This document shows, in pieces, positions 9,340-18,383 of a DNA stretch of 32,000 nucleotides. Location of the stretch: the sequence record MK937602.1. One strand, 5' to 3'. Below the pieces are notes generated by a model that did not search any database, was not told the origin of the DNA, and worked only from the letters and a program-made list of their open reading frames with translations. Position 1 is the first letter of the stretch, and each line of letters begins with the position of its first letter. The position numbers and the translations under genes were made by a program. The DNA is from Microbacterium phage Sinatra.

Positions 9340-11469
9340 ATGGGACACCGGGTGACTCTCTGGCACGCGGCGAACACCGTGCGCACGGCTGGCGTCCTGG
9401 ACCGCTACGGCGACATGATCGACGATGTGTTCCTGGTGGCCTACGAGCTGCGCACGACGGGCCTTGTCAACCTCAACATCCAGAACACCGTCGAGGCTGC
9501 GCGGGCCAAGTGGCCCCGGATCCGCTGGTGGCTGACCATCCAGTGCTTCTCCAGCGCGGCCTGGAAGATGCTGGCCACCGACCCCGCGTTCCGGGCCAAC
9601 ATCCTCAGCCAGATGGAGGCCATCTACGCGGCTTACCCCTGGCTCTACGGCATCGACCTGGACGCTGAGGGCTTCGGCTCCAACATGACCGTGTCGGAGG
9701 CGATGGCAGGCTACCAGACCCTCGGTGACCACGCGCGCTCCCACGGGAAGAAGGTCTGCGCGGCCTTGCCTGCTGCCACCGAGGGCAACTTCAGCGTCGG
9801 TGGCGAGAACTGGCTTGACTACGCGCTCTTCGGCGCTTACTTTGACCATGTGGCCATCATGACCTATGACTTCGCCTGGTCGGGTAGCGCCCCTGGCCCT
9901 ATCGCCCCCCGCTTCTGGATCCAGAATGTCTACGACTGGACGGTAAGCCAGATCCCTCCTGAGAAGGTGCTCATGGGGGTGCCTGCCTACGGGCAGAACT
10001 GGCAGATCAACGAGCCGGTGGAAGACCTGCCTGGCTATCCGGGGTGGCCGTACCGGGGCAATTCCGGAGCCTACTATTGGTTCTGGTACATGGCGACCGG
10101 CGAGTGGGGGTCACGCTCGGGCGACGATGGCCCGGTGTGGCAGCAGCCCCGAGCGAGCTGGATGGTCTACCGGGACATCGAGACGAACAGCCCCTTCACC
10201 CTGATCGGCTGCTACTGGTGGGCCACGGCGTCGCACGTGACCGGCAGCAGCGGCATGACAGCGACTTCGTACAATGGCAAGCCCTACCTCACGCGCTACG
10301 GTCGGGCAGCAGCAGAGAACGTTGGTGAGCTGGCAGACCAGCGCGCGACGACCCAGTACATGCAGCACGACGTTCGCCCCATGCAGATCGTGGACTCGAA
10401 CGGCGAGTGGCACAACCAGGACGTCCACAACCTGACGCTCGAGGTCCTGCAGCGAGACCCCCAGTCGGCCACCATCATGGACGACGACTGCGCCAACACG
10501 GGGGCGCTGGACATCTACTACACCAGGACCGGCGCGGCGTGGACGCACTGGCGTCGTGGCGACCCCGTCATGAACCCGCGCACCTATGGTCAGTATCGTG
10601 TGGCCGGTGCTGGCAAGCTGTCGCTCACTAACCTGGATGGCGGGCACGAGTCCCACGTACAGGGTCGCCTCCAGCTCCCTGCTGCTGGCCGTGCAGGCGT
10701 CTTCCACGGCAGCTTCGAGGCCACGGTCGACCAGGCTGGGGTCGTTCGGCTCAGCCGGAACGGGACTGTCCTGGCCACATACAACGGGAGCGCCCCCGGC
10801 ACCAGCACCGTCCCCGGCCAGGGCCAGGCCGTCATCGGGCTGCGCGTTCGGGGGAACCGGGCAAGGGTCTACTACAGCCGGACCGAGAACAGTGTGCCGC
10901 TGCGCATTGACTACACCGACCCCAGCTACACCCCCGGTCCTCAGGGCATGGTGTCCCTGTCCGGGGCAGCGTGGTTCGATCACGTTCGATGGGGCGACGC
11001 CTGGTGGTACAACCCCCGCGAGGCTGTCGACGTGCAGATCGGCGGCTTCACCTTCCCCAACGTGGGCCGCGTGCCCCGCACGAACGTGACCTGGGACAGC
11101 TTCAATCGGTTCCGGCCGAACACCGATGTGGAGGAGCGTGAGACGCGCACCAAGTCCATCTCGGCTGACTGGGAGTACATCCACTTGAAGAACGTGGGCA
11201 TCCCGGCAGGGCAGACACGTCAGGTCCGCATCATACCACGTGACATCGAGTGCTGGATCGCAACGGCCTATCTCTGCGACCCGCGTGGCACCGCGCTCTG
11301 TCACTACTCCGACGCCGAGTACATGGCCTACAGCCGTGACCTGGCCGACTCCGAATGGGGCTTGGCTGGCATCGCTGTCTGGCGCTTGGGTCAGGAGGAC
11401 ACAAGGTTCTGGGAACGAGTCAAGGGCGGAAGGCTTGACCCGGACAACAGGATTCCGATCCTGGCATAA
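9340..11469 (+). CDS. minor tail protein with GH18 glycosidase-like N-terminal domain
   Basis: 709 aa; [10 protein letters not shown] matches the GH18 catalytic DxxDxDxE region; [15 protein letters not shown]..., [16 protein letters not shown] typical GH18 motifs; C-terminal galactose/lectin-like beta-rich region. Confidence 0.8.
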   Translation: MGHRVTLWHAANTVRTAGVLDRYGDMIDDVFLVAYELRTTGLVNLNIQNTVEAARAKWPRIRWWLTIQCFSSAAWKMLATDPAFRANILSQMEAIYAAYPWLYGIDLDAEGFGSNMTVSEAMAGYQTLGDHARSHGKKVCAALPAATEGNFSVGGENWLDYALFGAYFDHVAIMTYDFAWSGSAPGPIAPRFWIQNVYDWTVSQIPPEKVLMGVPAYGQNWQINEPVEDLPGYPGWPYRGNSGAYYWFWYMATGEWGSRSGDDGPVWQQPRASWMVYRDIETNSPFTLIGCYWWATASHVTGSSGMTATSYNGKPYLTRYGRAAAENVGELADQRATTQYMQHDVRPMQIVDSNGEWHNQDVHNLTLEVLQRDPQSATIMDDDCANTGALDIYYTRTGAAWTHWRRGDPVMNPRTYGQYRVAGAGKLSLTNLDGGHESHVQGRLQLPAAGRAGVFHGSFEATVDQAGVVRLSRNGTVLATYNGSAPGTSTVPGQGQAVIGLRVRGNRARVYYSRTENSVPLRIDYTDPSYTPGPQGMVSLSGAAWFDHVRWGDAWWYNPREAVDVQIGGFTFPNVGRVPRTNVTWDSFNRFRPNTDVEERETRTKSISADWEYIHLKNVGIPAGQTRQVRIIPRDIECWIATAYLCDPRGTALCHYSDAEYMAYSRDLADSEWGLAGIAVWRLGQEDTRFWERVKGGRLDPDNRIPILA

Positions 11470-11498
11470 CCATCCGCCGCAACCGAAGGAGAATCACA

Positions 11499-12494
11499 AT
11501 GGCCAAGTTCAGCAGCCTGATCAACGGCACCACGCCGGATCACGGCAAGAACCGGGGCAGCGACCCCAACAAGAAGCGGATCATCGTTCACCACTGGGCG
11601 GGCACGTCCGGCGGAGACACTGCGCTGATGAAGCCCAAGGGCCAGAACAGCCGGGGCGACGTGTCGGCCTCGTACATCCTGTACAGCGACGGTCGCCTGG
11701 TGGGCCAGGTCTCGGAGGAGTTCTCCCCGTGGACCACCGGCTCGGCTGACTGGGGTTCGGTCACGGTCGAGACCCAGAACGCCAAGGGTGCCCCGAACTG
11801 GGACATCGACGCACGGGCGAAGGAGAAGCTGGCTCAGCTCATGGCGGACCTCAGTGACCGCTACGGCTGGGGCGAGCTGCGCCTTGGCACAAACGTCCGT
11901 TACCACGGCGAGTTCTACGCCACGGCCTGCCCTGGCCCGGACATGATCGCCAGCCTGCCCAGCATCGTCGCACGTGCGAACCAGCTCCGCAAGGGCGGGG
12001 GCGGCAGCCAGCCGTCCACCGGGGGCACGTACACCGTCGTCAAGGGCGACACGCTCAGCGGCATCGCGGGCAAGTACGGCACGACCTGGCAGGAGCTCCA
12101 GCGGCTCAACGGCCTGGCCGACCCGAACAAGATCTTCCCCGGCCAGAAGATCAAGGTGCCCTCGGGAGGCGGCAGCACCCCGAGCAAGCCCAGCCAGTCC
12201 CTCGCTGATGTGGCCAAGGCTGTCATCCGTGGCGACTACGGCAACGGGCAGGACCGCGTCAACCGGCTGCGGGCTGCTGGCTACGACCCGGCGGAAGTGC
12301 AGCAGGAGGTCAACCGCCAGCTCTACGGAGGCGGCAGCAAGACCCCTGTCGCGTCCAACGTGGATGCGGTCGCGCGGCAGGTGATCCGGGGCGACTGGGG
12401 CAACGACCCGGAGCGCAAGAAGCGGCTCACGGCTGCGGGGTACGACTACTCCGCAGTCCAGCGCCGGGTGAACGAGATCCTCGCGGGCAAGTAA
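11499..12494 (+). CDS. endolysin: N-acetylmuramoyl-L-alanine amidase (Amidase_2) + LysM + two Cpl-7-like repeats
   Basis: 331 aa; [11 protein letters not shown]...[17 protein letters not shown]...ACPGPDM; Lys[45 protein letters not shown]; two copies of VAxxVIRGDxGN...RxxRLxAAGYDxxxVQxxVNxxL. Confidence 0.93.
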   Translation: MAKFSSLINGTTPDHGKNRGSDPNKKRIIVHHWAGTSGGDTALMKPKGQNSRGDVSASYILYSDGRLVGQVSEEFSPWTTGSADWGSVTVETQNAKGAPNWDIDARAKEKLAQLMADLSDRYGWGELRLGTNVRYHGEFYATACPGPDMIASLPSIVARANQLRKGGGGSQPSTGGTYTVVKGDTLSGIAGKYGTTWQELQRLNGLADPNKIFPGQKIKVPSGGGSTPSKPSQSLADVAKAVIRGDYGNGQDRVNRLRAAGYDPAEVQQEVNRQLYGGGSKTPVASNVDAVARQVIRGDWGNDPERKKRLTAAGYDYSAVQRRVNEILAGK

Positions 12495-12513
12495 CCACCG
12501 GAAGGAACACCGC

Positions 12514-12906
12514 ATGCTGGAAGTCATCGAACGCATCCTCGGCGCTCTCATGCCGCTCATGGTTGCTGCCACGACCGCCTACGGGGCTGTCCTGGTGGCG
12601 AAGGTGAACAAGATCAAGAAGGAAGCTACGGAGACCAATGTCAAGGTCGCCCAGGTCCAGGCTGATATCGTCACCAACCACGGCAGCAAGAACCTGGGGG
12701 ATGCCATCGACCGACTGACCGCCAAGGTCGGATGCATATCCGATAACCAGGATGAGCTCATCGCCACGGTGAAGGGCATGCAGGCAAGGGACGCGGCGCT
12801 GGAAGCCCGCATGAGCGCCGTGGAGCAGCGCCGTGTCCCCCACTCCTCGCACACCCCTACCGGGCCTATCCACATCAAGAAGTTCGTAAAGAGAAGGAAG
12901 AAGTAA
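12514..12906 (+). CDS. holin-like/membrane-anchored coiled-coil lysis-cassette protein
   Basis: 130 aa with N-terminal TM (ILGALMPLMVAATTAYGAVLVA) and charged helical C-terminus; directly after endolysin. Confidence 0.6.
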   Translation: MLEVIERILGALMPLMVAATTAYGAVLVAKVNKIKKEATETNVKVAQVQADIVTNHGSKNLGDAIDRLTAKVGCISDNQDELIATVKGMQARDAALEARMSAVEQRRVPHSSHTPTGPIHIKKFVKRRKK

Positions 12907-13199
12907 TGGACACCATCACCACTCTGGCCACCGTCCCGGCGGTCATCGCCCTTGTCACCCTCATCAAGGACCTGGGCCTCCCCGCCAAGTTCGCGCCCCT
13001 GGCGGCTGTCGTGCTCGGTGTGGCCCTGTCGGTCCTGGCGGCGCTGTCGCTGGGCACCGTGGCCAACTGGTACGAGACCGTCAGCCTGGGGGTCATCCTC
13101 GGGCTGAGCGCTGCTGGTCTGTACGACGGCGCTCGTGCCATCGGCGGCAGCAAGGCCGAGGTCGTGGTCGTGCAGGAAGACCCCAGCACCAAGCCCTGA
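12906..13199 (+). CDS. putative holin
   Basis: 97 aa with two to three hydrophobic segments (TLATVPAVIALVTLI..., FAPLAAVVLGVALSVLAALSLG, VSLGVILGLSAAGLYDGA) and charged C-terminus; adjacent to endolysin; TAATG overlap. Confidence 0.7.
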   Translation: MDTITTLATVPAVIALVTLIKDLGLPAKFAPLAAVVLGVALSVLAALSLGTVANWYETVSLGVILGLSAAGLYDGARAIGGSKAEVVVVQEDPSTKP

Positions 13200-13212
13200 C
13201 CCGTTTCACCTC

Positions 13213-13245
13213 GAGACGCCCCCGGCCACAAGCTAGGGGCGTCTC
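13213..13245. terminator. bidirectional terminator hairpin at convergent boundary
   Basis: Perfect 10-bp inverted repeat GAGACGCCCC (13213-13222) / GGGGCGTCTC (13236-13245), 13-nt loop, between the last + gene and the last - gene. Confidence 0.75.
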
Positions 13246-13256
13246 TTGGCGTGCAG

Positions 13257-13454
13257 CTAGAGCACGGGGAAGCGCTGGCCGAGCGGCACCACGGCGACGC
13301 CCAGGTCGGTCTCCAGGCGACCGCGCTGGTGGTCCACGCGCCGGATGCGGATGACCCGTGCCTGGTTTCCCTCGGGGTCGATGATGACCTGCCCGTGCTG
13401 GAGGTCCTCTGCCTTGACCTGCTTCAGTGCCTTGTCCATGCTGTTCTCCTTCAC
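13257..13454 (-). CDS. hypothetical protein
   Basis: 65 aa, ATGA overlap with upstream gene at 13451-13454. Confidence 0.6.
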   Translation of the reverse strand: MKENSMDKALKQVKAEDLQHGQVIIDPEGNQARVIRIRRVDHQRGRLETDLGVAVVPLGQRFPVL

Positions 13455-13645
13455 TTGCTGGCGTAGTAGGCGCGGATCTTGTCCGCGACCTGGGGTCGGT
13501 TGATCTTCATCTCGAGGGCGTCGATCAGGAAGTTGACGTCGCCGCCTTCAACCAGCGCGTCAACCAGGTCGCTGAGTGCATCCTGGTATCCCGCCTGGTA
13601 GGCGCGAGCTTGAGTGTGAACGTTGAGGTTTACCTTGTGCGACAT
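13451..13645 (-). CDS. hypothetical protein, putatively leaderless
   Basis: 64 aa MSHKVNLNVHTQARAYQAGYQDALSD...; promoter-like motif with -10 six nt before ATG. Confidence 0.65.
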   Translation of the reverse strand: MSHKVNLNVHTQARAYQAGYQDALSDLVDALVEGGDVNFLIDALEMKINRPQVADKIRAYYASK

Positions 13646-13651
13646 GTGATC

Positions 13652-13681
13652 AGCATACCCTCAACTTCTCAGTTGATCCAA
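13652..13681 (-). promoter_or_regulatory. predicted sigma70-like phage promoter
   Basis: Minus strand TTGGAT (13681-13676) N18 TATGCT (13657-13652), then GATCAC and ATG at 13645. Confidence 0.6.
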
Positions 13682-14562
13682 GAACCCTTGGTGGGGCGGC
13701 TGCCGAAGGCGAAGCTGGGGTCGTCCTGGCTGGCCTCCAGTGTGGCCGTGAACGTGATGCGGCGACCCTTGACGCCGGTGTAGCGACCGTCCTCGGTGCC
13801 CAGGAACCAGCAGGAGGAGCCGAAGTCGTAGATCGTACTGCCGTCGGCCTGGATCTGCTCAAGGAAGGTGTCGAAGGCTTCTTCGCCCTGGGCCTTGGGG
13901 ATGCTGACGTAGACACGGAAGCCCCGGTCGTCCTGGACGGTGATCTTGTTCTGCACGCCGTAGTCGTTCTCGCGAACCTTGGCGGAGAGGATGGTGCCGG
14001 TCACCTGCACACGGCCAGCCGGGGCGGGGGTGCTGGTGGCCTGCTGCTGGCTGCGCTTGTCGGCCACGGCCTGCAGAGCGGCGATCTGGCGCTCGGTGTA
14101 CTGGCGCTCCCCGTACCCCCAGAGCATGTCTGCCAGCTTGGCCACGAAGCTGTCGCGCTCGGTGTAGGTGTACTCGCCGCCCTCGGCGACCTGCACGTTG
14201 GCAGCCTTGCTGACCAGCGCCCAGACGTCGGGGTGTGCCGCTGCCAGCGCGTCCCATGCGGCCTGACGCTTGGCCAGTTTGGCGAGGCGCTCCTGCTCGC
14301 GCTTGGCCTCTCGGCGGGCTGCTCGGCGGGCCTTGGCCTCGCACCACTTCTTCGCTTCAGCCTCGGAGGTGAACGGGTCGCCCAGCCGGTACTCCTGCAC
14401 GTTGCGGCAGGCGTAGCAGATGCTGTCGAACCCGTTGAACGAGTAGTGGCCCGTGCCCCCACACCGACGGCAGCCCTTGAAGAAGGTCCCGTTAGCCTCG
14501 ATGTAGAAGTATCCAGCGTGCTCGTGAGTGGTGATGTGGAACTGAGGGGCGGTGATGTTCAT
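13669..14562 (-). CDS. zinc-knuckle (DnaJ-like) protein with C-terminal OB-like region
   Basis: MNITAPQF start at 14562; CRRCGGTGHYSFNGFDSICYACR motif; C-terminal VTGTILSAKVRENDYGVQNKITVQDDRGFRVYVSIP. Confidence 0.7.
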   Translation of the reverse strand: MNITAPQFHITTHEHAGYFYIEANGTFFKGCRRCGGTGHYSFNGFDSICYACRNVQEYRLGDPFTSEAEAKKWCEAKARRAARREAKREQERLAKLAKRQAAWDALAAAHPDVWALVSKAANVQVAEGGEYTYTERDSFVAKLADMLWGYGERQYTERQIAALQAVADKRSQQQATSTPAPAGRVQVTGTILSAKVRENDYGVQNKITVQDDRGFRVYVSIPKAQGEEAFDTFLEQIQADGSTIYDFGSSCWFLGTEDGRYTGVKGRRITFTATLEASQDDPSFAFGSRPTKGSWIN

Positions 14563-14568
14563 GTGACA

Positions 14569-14597
14569 AGTGTGCCACAAGTTGAGGATAGGTCCAA
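14569..14597 (-). promoter_or_regulatory. predicted phage promoter, leaderless configuration
   Basis: Minus strand TTGGAC (14597-14592) N17 CACACT (14574-14569), then TGTCAC and ATG at 14562. Confidence 0.5.
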
Positions 14598-14600
14598 GAC

Positions 14601-14876
14601 CTAGTTCCAGCCGCGCCCCAGGACCTCGAAGAAGAACGCCAGCCCGTAGAGGCTGCCCTTGATGACGTCGTCACCGTAGATGCCCCACCAGACCAGGAAG
14701 CACACGGCGATGACCACCAGGGCCACGGCCACAAGGATGGGGATCCACACGAGGACCGCCAGCACCTTGTCCCAGAAGGTCGGCTGCGGTCCACGGAGCT
14801 CCTCCAGCTCAGCCTCGGTGAAGGTGAGCAGGTCGTCGAAGCTGGTCACGGGGCGGGGGTCGATTTCGGTCTTCAT
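14601..14876 (-). CDS. small membrane protein
   Basis: 91 aa with hydrophobic segments FWDKVLAVLVWIPILVAVALVVIAVCFLVWWGIYG; ATGA overlap with upstream gene at 14873-14876. Confidence 0.65.
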   Translation of the reverse strand: MKTEIDPRPVTSFDDLLTFTEAELEELRGPQPTFWDKVLAVLVWIPILVAVALVVIAVCFLVWWGIYGDDVIKGSLYGLAFFFEVLGRGWN

Positions 14877-16540
14877 GATTCCTCCTGGGGTGTCTCCTTG
14901 ATAACCTTGAGCGCCTTGTTCAAGTAATGCTGATTGTACCCCATCTTCGTCTGGACCGCAAGACGGAGGAAGTCAGGGAAGTCCTCTTCCGGGCTTGCCA
15001 GCGACAGGATGAAGTCGGCCCAGCCGTGCAGCGCGGTCGACCCCAGGATGGTCTCCTGCACGGTCTCGCCCTTCTCGAACTGGCGCTTGCGAGTGTGGTG
15101 GATGAACATGATCGCGCACCCCGTTGTCTGGGCGATGCGCTTCAGCGGCTTCAGGATGCTGTACATATCCTTCGAGTCGCTGACGTTGGCCTTGCCGATG
15201 GCCATGCTGAGAGTGTCAATGACCACCAGCCGGAGCTCGTACTTGAGGATCGTCTCCAGGAGGCGCTGCTGGTCTTCAGGCGTGCTGAGGTCGGCCTCGT
15301 TGAACATGGTGTACAGGGACATCGGCTGGGGCGGCTCCCAGGACATGTCGGGCTTGATGTGGCCGTCCCAGTGGTACTGGAACCGACCCTTGTCCCGGTT
15401 GAGGGACGTGTTCAGGCGGGTCGCGAACAGGTAGTCGCCGTCCTCCAGGGACAGGAAGCCCACGGGCTGCGGCTTCCGCGTGCTGACGCCGAGAGGCTTC
15501 GTCGCCGTGGCAAGGCCGAGCGTCATCTCAATGGCGATGCGTGTCTTGCCCACCTTGGGCGCTGCCACCAGCAGCCCACAACCACCAGCCGGGATGAAGT
15601 TAGGCAGGACCCAGTCCATCGGGGTCTTGATCGTAGGCCCGAAGCTGCCCACGGTGCCCATCTCCCAGGGGCCAACCTCCTCCGCCAGATCGCCGTCTAC
15701 GTCGGCGTGTGCCGACTGGTCTGCCTTGCTGGGGGTACTGGTCGGCTGGTCGGCAGGCTGGGCCGCGTAGGCGTTGGCTATGTCTTCCTGCAGCCGCTCG
15801 GGGTCGTCCTTCCACTTGTTCCAGTCGGTAGCCTTCAGCAGCTTGAACGTCAGGCGCTGGTCAAGCCCCAGCTCAGCCGCGTTGCGGGCGAAGCGCCAGA
15901 GAACCTTCGAGCGGTCTCCGTAGGTGTCCTGCGCCCCCAGCTCGCTCGCAAGCCCCGGCGAGAAGCCGAGGCCCTTGGCCACACGAGTGAGAAGCTGGCC
16001 CTTGGTGTACACCGTGCCCGCGCTGCGCAAGATGCGACCCTTGAAGGGCTTGCGCTTGTGATGCCAGGTGCCAGGGACACGAAGAAGCTGGCCGATGTCG
16101 ACGCCGGACTTGTCTCCGCCGAGCGCCTGGGTCAGCATGCCCATCAGGCCGTCTCGGTGGTACTCGCTGGCAGGCACGCTCTCGCGCATGAGCCAGATCG
16201 CCTGCTTGTGGCCGGGGCTTGTCTCCCAGACGTACGACGGCCGGAGGGCGGTGAGCAGATCATCGTTGAACGACTCATCGCAGTCCACCCAGAGCACGCG
16301 CTGGGCGGGGTACTCCTTGGCCTTGCGGCTGTCGCTGCTGCTGACTGCCGGGGTCCAGTACCAGTCAACCGAGTCACGAAGATCAGGGAGCTGGGGCTTG
16401 CGGGAACCCAACACGGGTCCCTCTCGGAACTTCTGGTTGTCTTTGGAGCCGATGTTCACGATGTGGGGCACCCAGACATTACCATCAATGCCTGAGTGCC
16501 CCCACACCTTGCGGATCAGCTCGAGAGGGTTGCTATCCAC
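14873..16540 (-). CDS. DNA primase/helicase: RepB-type primase-like N-terminus + RepA/AAA_25-like helicase
   Basis: 555 aa; VLWVDCDESF..RPSYVWETSPGHKQAIWLM..GVDIGQLLRVPGTWHHKR primase-like; Walker A GCGLLVAAPKVGKTRIAIE; Walker B ELRLVVIDTLSMA; TGCAIMFIHHTRK sensor. Confidence 0.8.
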   Translation of the reverse strand: MDSNPLELIRKVWGHSGIDGNVWVPHIVNIGSKDNQKFREGPVLGSRKPQLPDLRDSVDWYWTPAVSSSDSRKAKEYPAQRVLWVDCDESFNDDLLTALRPSYVWETSPGHKQAIWLMRESVPASEYHRDGLMGMLTQALGGDKSGVDIGQLLRVPGTWHHKRKPFKGRILRSAGTVYTKGQLLTRVAKGLGFSPGLASELGAQDTYGDRSKVLWRFARNAAELGLDQRLTFKLLKATDWNKWKDDPERLQEDIANAYAAQPADQPTSTPSKADQSAHADVDGDLAEEVGPWEMGTVGSFGPTIKTPMDWVLPNFIPAGGCGLLVAAPKVGKTRIAIEMTLGLATATKPLGVSTRKPQPVGFLSLEDGDYLFATRLNTSLNRDKGRFQYHWDGHIKPDMSWEPPQPMSLYTMFNEADLSTPEDQQRLLETILKYELRLVVIDTLSMAIGKANVSDSKDMYSILKPLKRIAQTTGCAIMFIHHTRKRQFEKGETVQETILGSTALHGWADFILSLASPEEDFPDFLRLAVQTKMGYNQHYLNKALKVIKETPQEES

Positions 16541-16809
16541 TCGACTACTTCCTGGGCCTTGGGGTCGTAGCTGACGAACGTGGTGCCGCCAGCCGCGCGG
16601 AACTTCTTGAGGTTGTAGAGCTGAGCCTCGCTGGGCTTCTCCTTGGCGCTGCGCTTGGCTTCAATCGCGAAGAACTGCCCGTGCGCACACCCGAGGACAT
16701 CGGGGGTTCCCTTCTGCTGAAAGGAACCCCCGTGAGTCCGGATAGCGTACACACCAGGCAGCGCGTTCAGCGCCTTGAGCATGCTGCGGACGATACCGGC
16801 CTCGTCCAT
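16516..16809 (-). CDS. VRR-NUC domain nuclease
   Basis: 97 aa; G.YAIRTHGGSFQQKGTPDVLGCAHGQFFAIEAKR...EAQLYNLKKFRAAGGTTFVSYD matches VRR-NUC signature (GxPD...EVK-type). Confidence 0.85.
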   Translation of the reverse strand: MDEAGIVRSMLKALNALPGVYAIRTHGGSFQQKGTPDVLGCAHGQFFAIEAKRSAKEKPSEAQLYNLKKFRAAGGTTFVSYDPKAQEVVEWIATLSS

Positions 16810-16812
16810 GGG

Positions 16813-17550
16813 TCAGCGGCGCTTGACGGTGCGCTTGGCAGCAGGCGCGGCCTTGCGTGCCGGTGCAGCCTTGGCAGCGGGCTTCTTGGCCGAAGAGCGG
16901 CGACGGGGGGCAGGCTCCGGCTCGGGCTCCTCCTCCTCGTCCTCCTCCTCGTCGTCCTCGTAGTCCTCGTCGTCATCCTCGAGCTCTTCGTCGTCGAGGT
17001 CGTCTTCGTCGAGGTCGTCTTCTTCGTCCTCTTCGTAGTCCTCCTCGTCCTCGTCGTACTCGTCGTCGCCCTCGTCCTCGTACTCCTCGTCGGCCTCAGC
17101 CTCGTCGTCGTACTCCTCCTCGTCGGCTTCCGGTGCGCTGCTGTCGCCGTCCTCGTCGAGGATGTCCAGGCCGTAGGTGCCGTTCACCGTGGAGCGGAGG
17201 TTGCCCTGGTAGGTGTCGTCCTCGACCTCGGCGGCGATGAACTTGCCGACCGGACCGTTGGGGTCGATCATCTGCGCCTTCTTGGGCACCGAGATCCCGG
17301 AAGCGACCAGCAGGTCGCGGAGCTTCCAGAGCTGGTTCTGCTGGAGCTTGCAGTAGTACGGGAAGCGCCGGGTCTTCAGCTTGGGGTCCGCCGGGACCAG
17401 CGCGTAGACGAGCATCGCGGTGCCGTCCTGCGCCTCGGTCTCCTGCACGGACTCGACCTTCATCTTGTGGAGGCCCTCGGTGATGTGCTTGGTGTTCCAG
17501 CCCGAGCGCTCTTCGGTCTTGCTGAAGTCAAGACGAATCTTCTTTGCCAT
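16813..17550 (-). CDS. SSB-like (DUF669-like) protein with very long acidic stretch and basic H1-like tail
   Basis: 245 aa; N-terminal MAKKIRLDFSKTEERSGWNTKHITEGLHKMKVESVQETEAQDGTAMLVYALVPA...; residues after about 135 almost all D/E/Y, ending KKPAAKAAPARKAAPAAKRTVKRR. Confidence 0.65.
   Translation of the reverse strand: MAKKIRLDFSKTEERSGWNTKHITEGLHKMKVESVQETEAQDGTAMLVYALVPADPKLKTRRFPYYCKLQQNQLWKLRDLLVASGISVPKKAQMIDPNGPVGKFIAAEVEDDTYQGNLRSTVNGTYGLDILDEDGDSSAPEADEEEYDDEAEADEEYEDEGDDEYDEDEEDYEEDEEDDLDEDDLDDEELEDDDEDYEDDEEEDEEEEPEPEPAPRRRSSAKKPAAKAAPARKAAPAAKRTVKRR
16916..17132 (-). repeat. low-complexity Asp/Glu codon tract
   Basis: TCCTCGTC-type simple repeats on + strand encoding poly-D/E on - strand. 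Confidence 0.85.
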
Positions 17551-17580
17551 GATGTGCTTCCTTTTCTTGGGGTATCTCGA

Positions 17581-18246
17581 CTAGCGGGTCCAGCCGAGAA
17601 GCTGGTTGAGCCGCCCGATGCTGGGCGACTTGAGATAGGGCGGGGTGCCCTGGTACACCTTACTACGGGCACCGGCCACAATGCTGGAGGACGGGCCGAG
17701 CCAGAGGCGGCGAACGGGCTTGCCGTTCACGTGGGCGATGTACAGGCGACCGATCACGTCGGACATCTGCAGCAGGGCCGAAGCAGCACCGGGGGACAGG
17801 TCCACGGTCGTCATGACGCCGGTGTCCTCGTCCACATCGTCACTGCCCCACTCCTCGTTCGGCAGGATGAGCTTCTCCTGCGCAAGCACGATGACTTCCT
17901 TCTTCTCGTCACGGAGCGTGCGGAGCAGCGTGGCGAGGCCGTTGTTGGCTGCGCCGTAGTGCGCCTGGCTGGCAGGCTTGCCCCCGGCAGCTTCCGCCAG
18001 CATGATCGCATGGAGCGATGTGGCCGTGTCGACGACGAACCGCTGGTGCTTGCTCAGCCAGGAGCCGTTCATCAGCTTGTTCAGGTTGCGAGTGCTCAGG
18101 TCCTCTTCCACGGTGAACCCCGTGGTGTCCAGGCCGATGAGACCCTGGTCGGCCGACAGGATGGCCGTCTTGCCCTTGGGGGCATCCTTGAGGGCGAGCG
18201 TGGTCTTGCCGACCTTGGGCCTGCCGTAGATGGTCTTGACGCTCAT
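17581..18246 (-). CDS. RecA-like P-loop ATPase, Sak4-like recombination protein
   Basis: MSVKTIYGRPKVGKTTLALKDAPKGKTAILSADQG...; Walker A GRPKVGKTT, FVVDTATSLHAI, VIVLAQEK; start at 18246 overlaps stop of the small upstream ORF by ATGA. Confidence 0.7.
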   Translation of the reverse strand: MSVKTIYGRPKVGKTTLALKDAPKGKTAILSADQGLIGLDTTGFTVEEDLSTRNLNKLMNGSWLSKHQRFVVDTATSLHAIMLAEAAGGKPASQAHYGAANNGLATLLRTLRDEKKEVIVLAQEKLILPNEEWGSDDVDEDTGVMTTVDLSPGAASALLQMSDVIGRLYIAHVNGKPVRRLWLGPSSSIVAGARSKVYQGTPPYLKSPSIGRLNQLLGWTR

Positions 18247-18383
18247 GCTGCCAGTCCTTCCTCTCGTGACGTGTGCCACCAGGTGACCGACAGCGGGCCG
18301 ACCTCGGGAGCCAGCGTGACGACGCACGCTTCCCCCTTGCCAGCTCCGCAGTAGGAGCACTCGGTGTCGAACGGCTTCTTCAC
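18243..18383 (-). CDS. 46-aa zinc-finger-like micro-ORF
   Basis: GTG start; M(V)KKPFDTECSYCGAGKGEACVVTLAPEVGPLSVTWWHTSREEGLAA; GTGA overlap with the upstream nuclease stop and ATGA overlap with the downstream Sak4-like start. Confidence 0.8.
   Translation of the reverse strand: MKKPFDTECSYCGAGKGEACVVTLAPEVGPLSVTWWHTSREEGLAA

Noticed and set aside
10111-12572. Minus-strand ORFs 10111..11304 and 11391..12572
   Set aside because: Antisense to the GH18 tail protein and endolysin, which have clear domains.
16916-17132. Considered as a tandem DNA repeat array or CRISPR-like element
   Set aside because: No constant repeat/variable spacer structure; it is an Asp/Glu-codon microsatellite inside a coding sequence.
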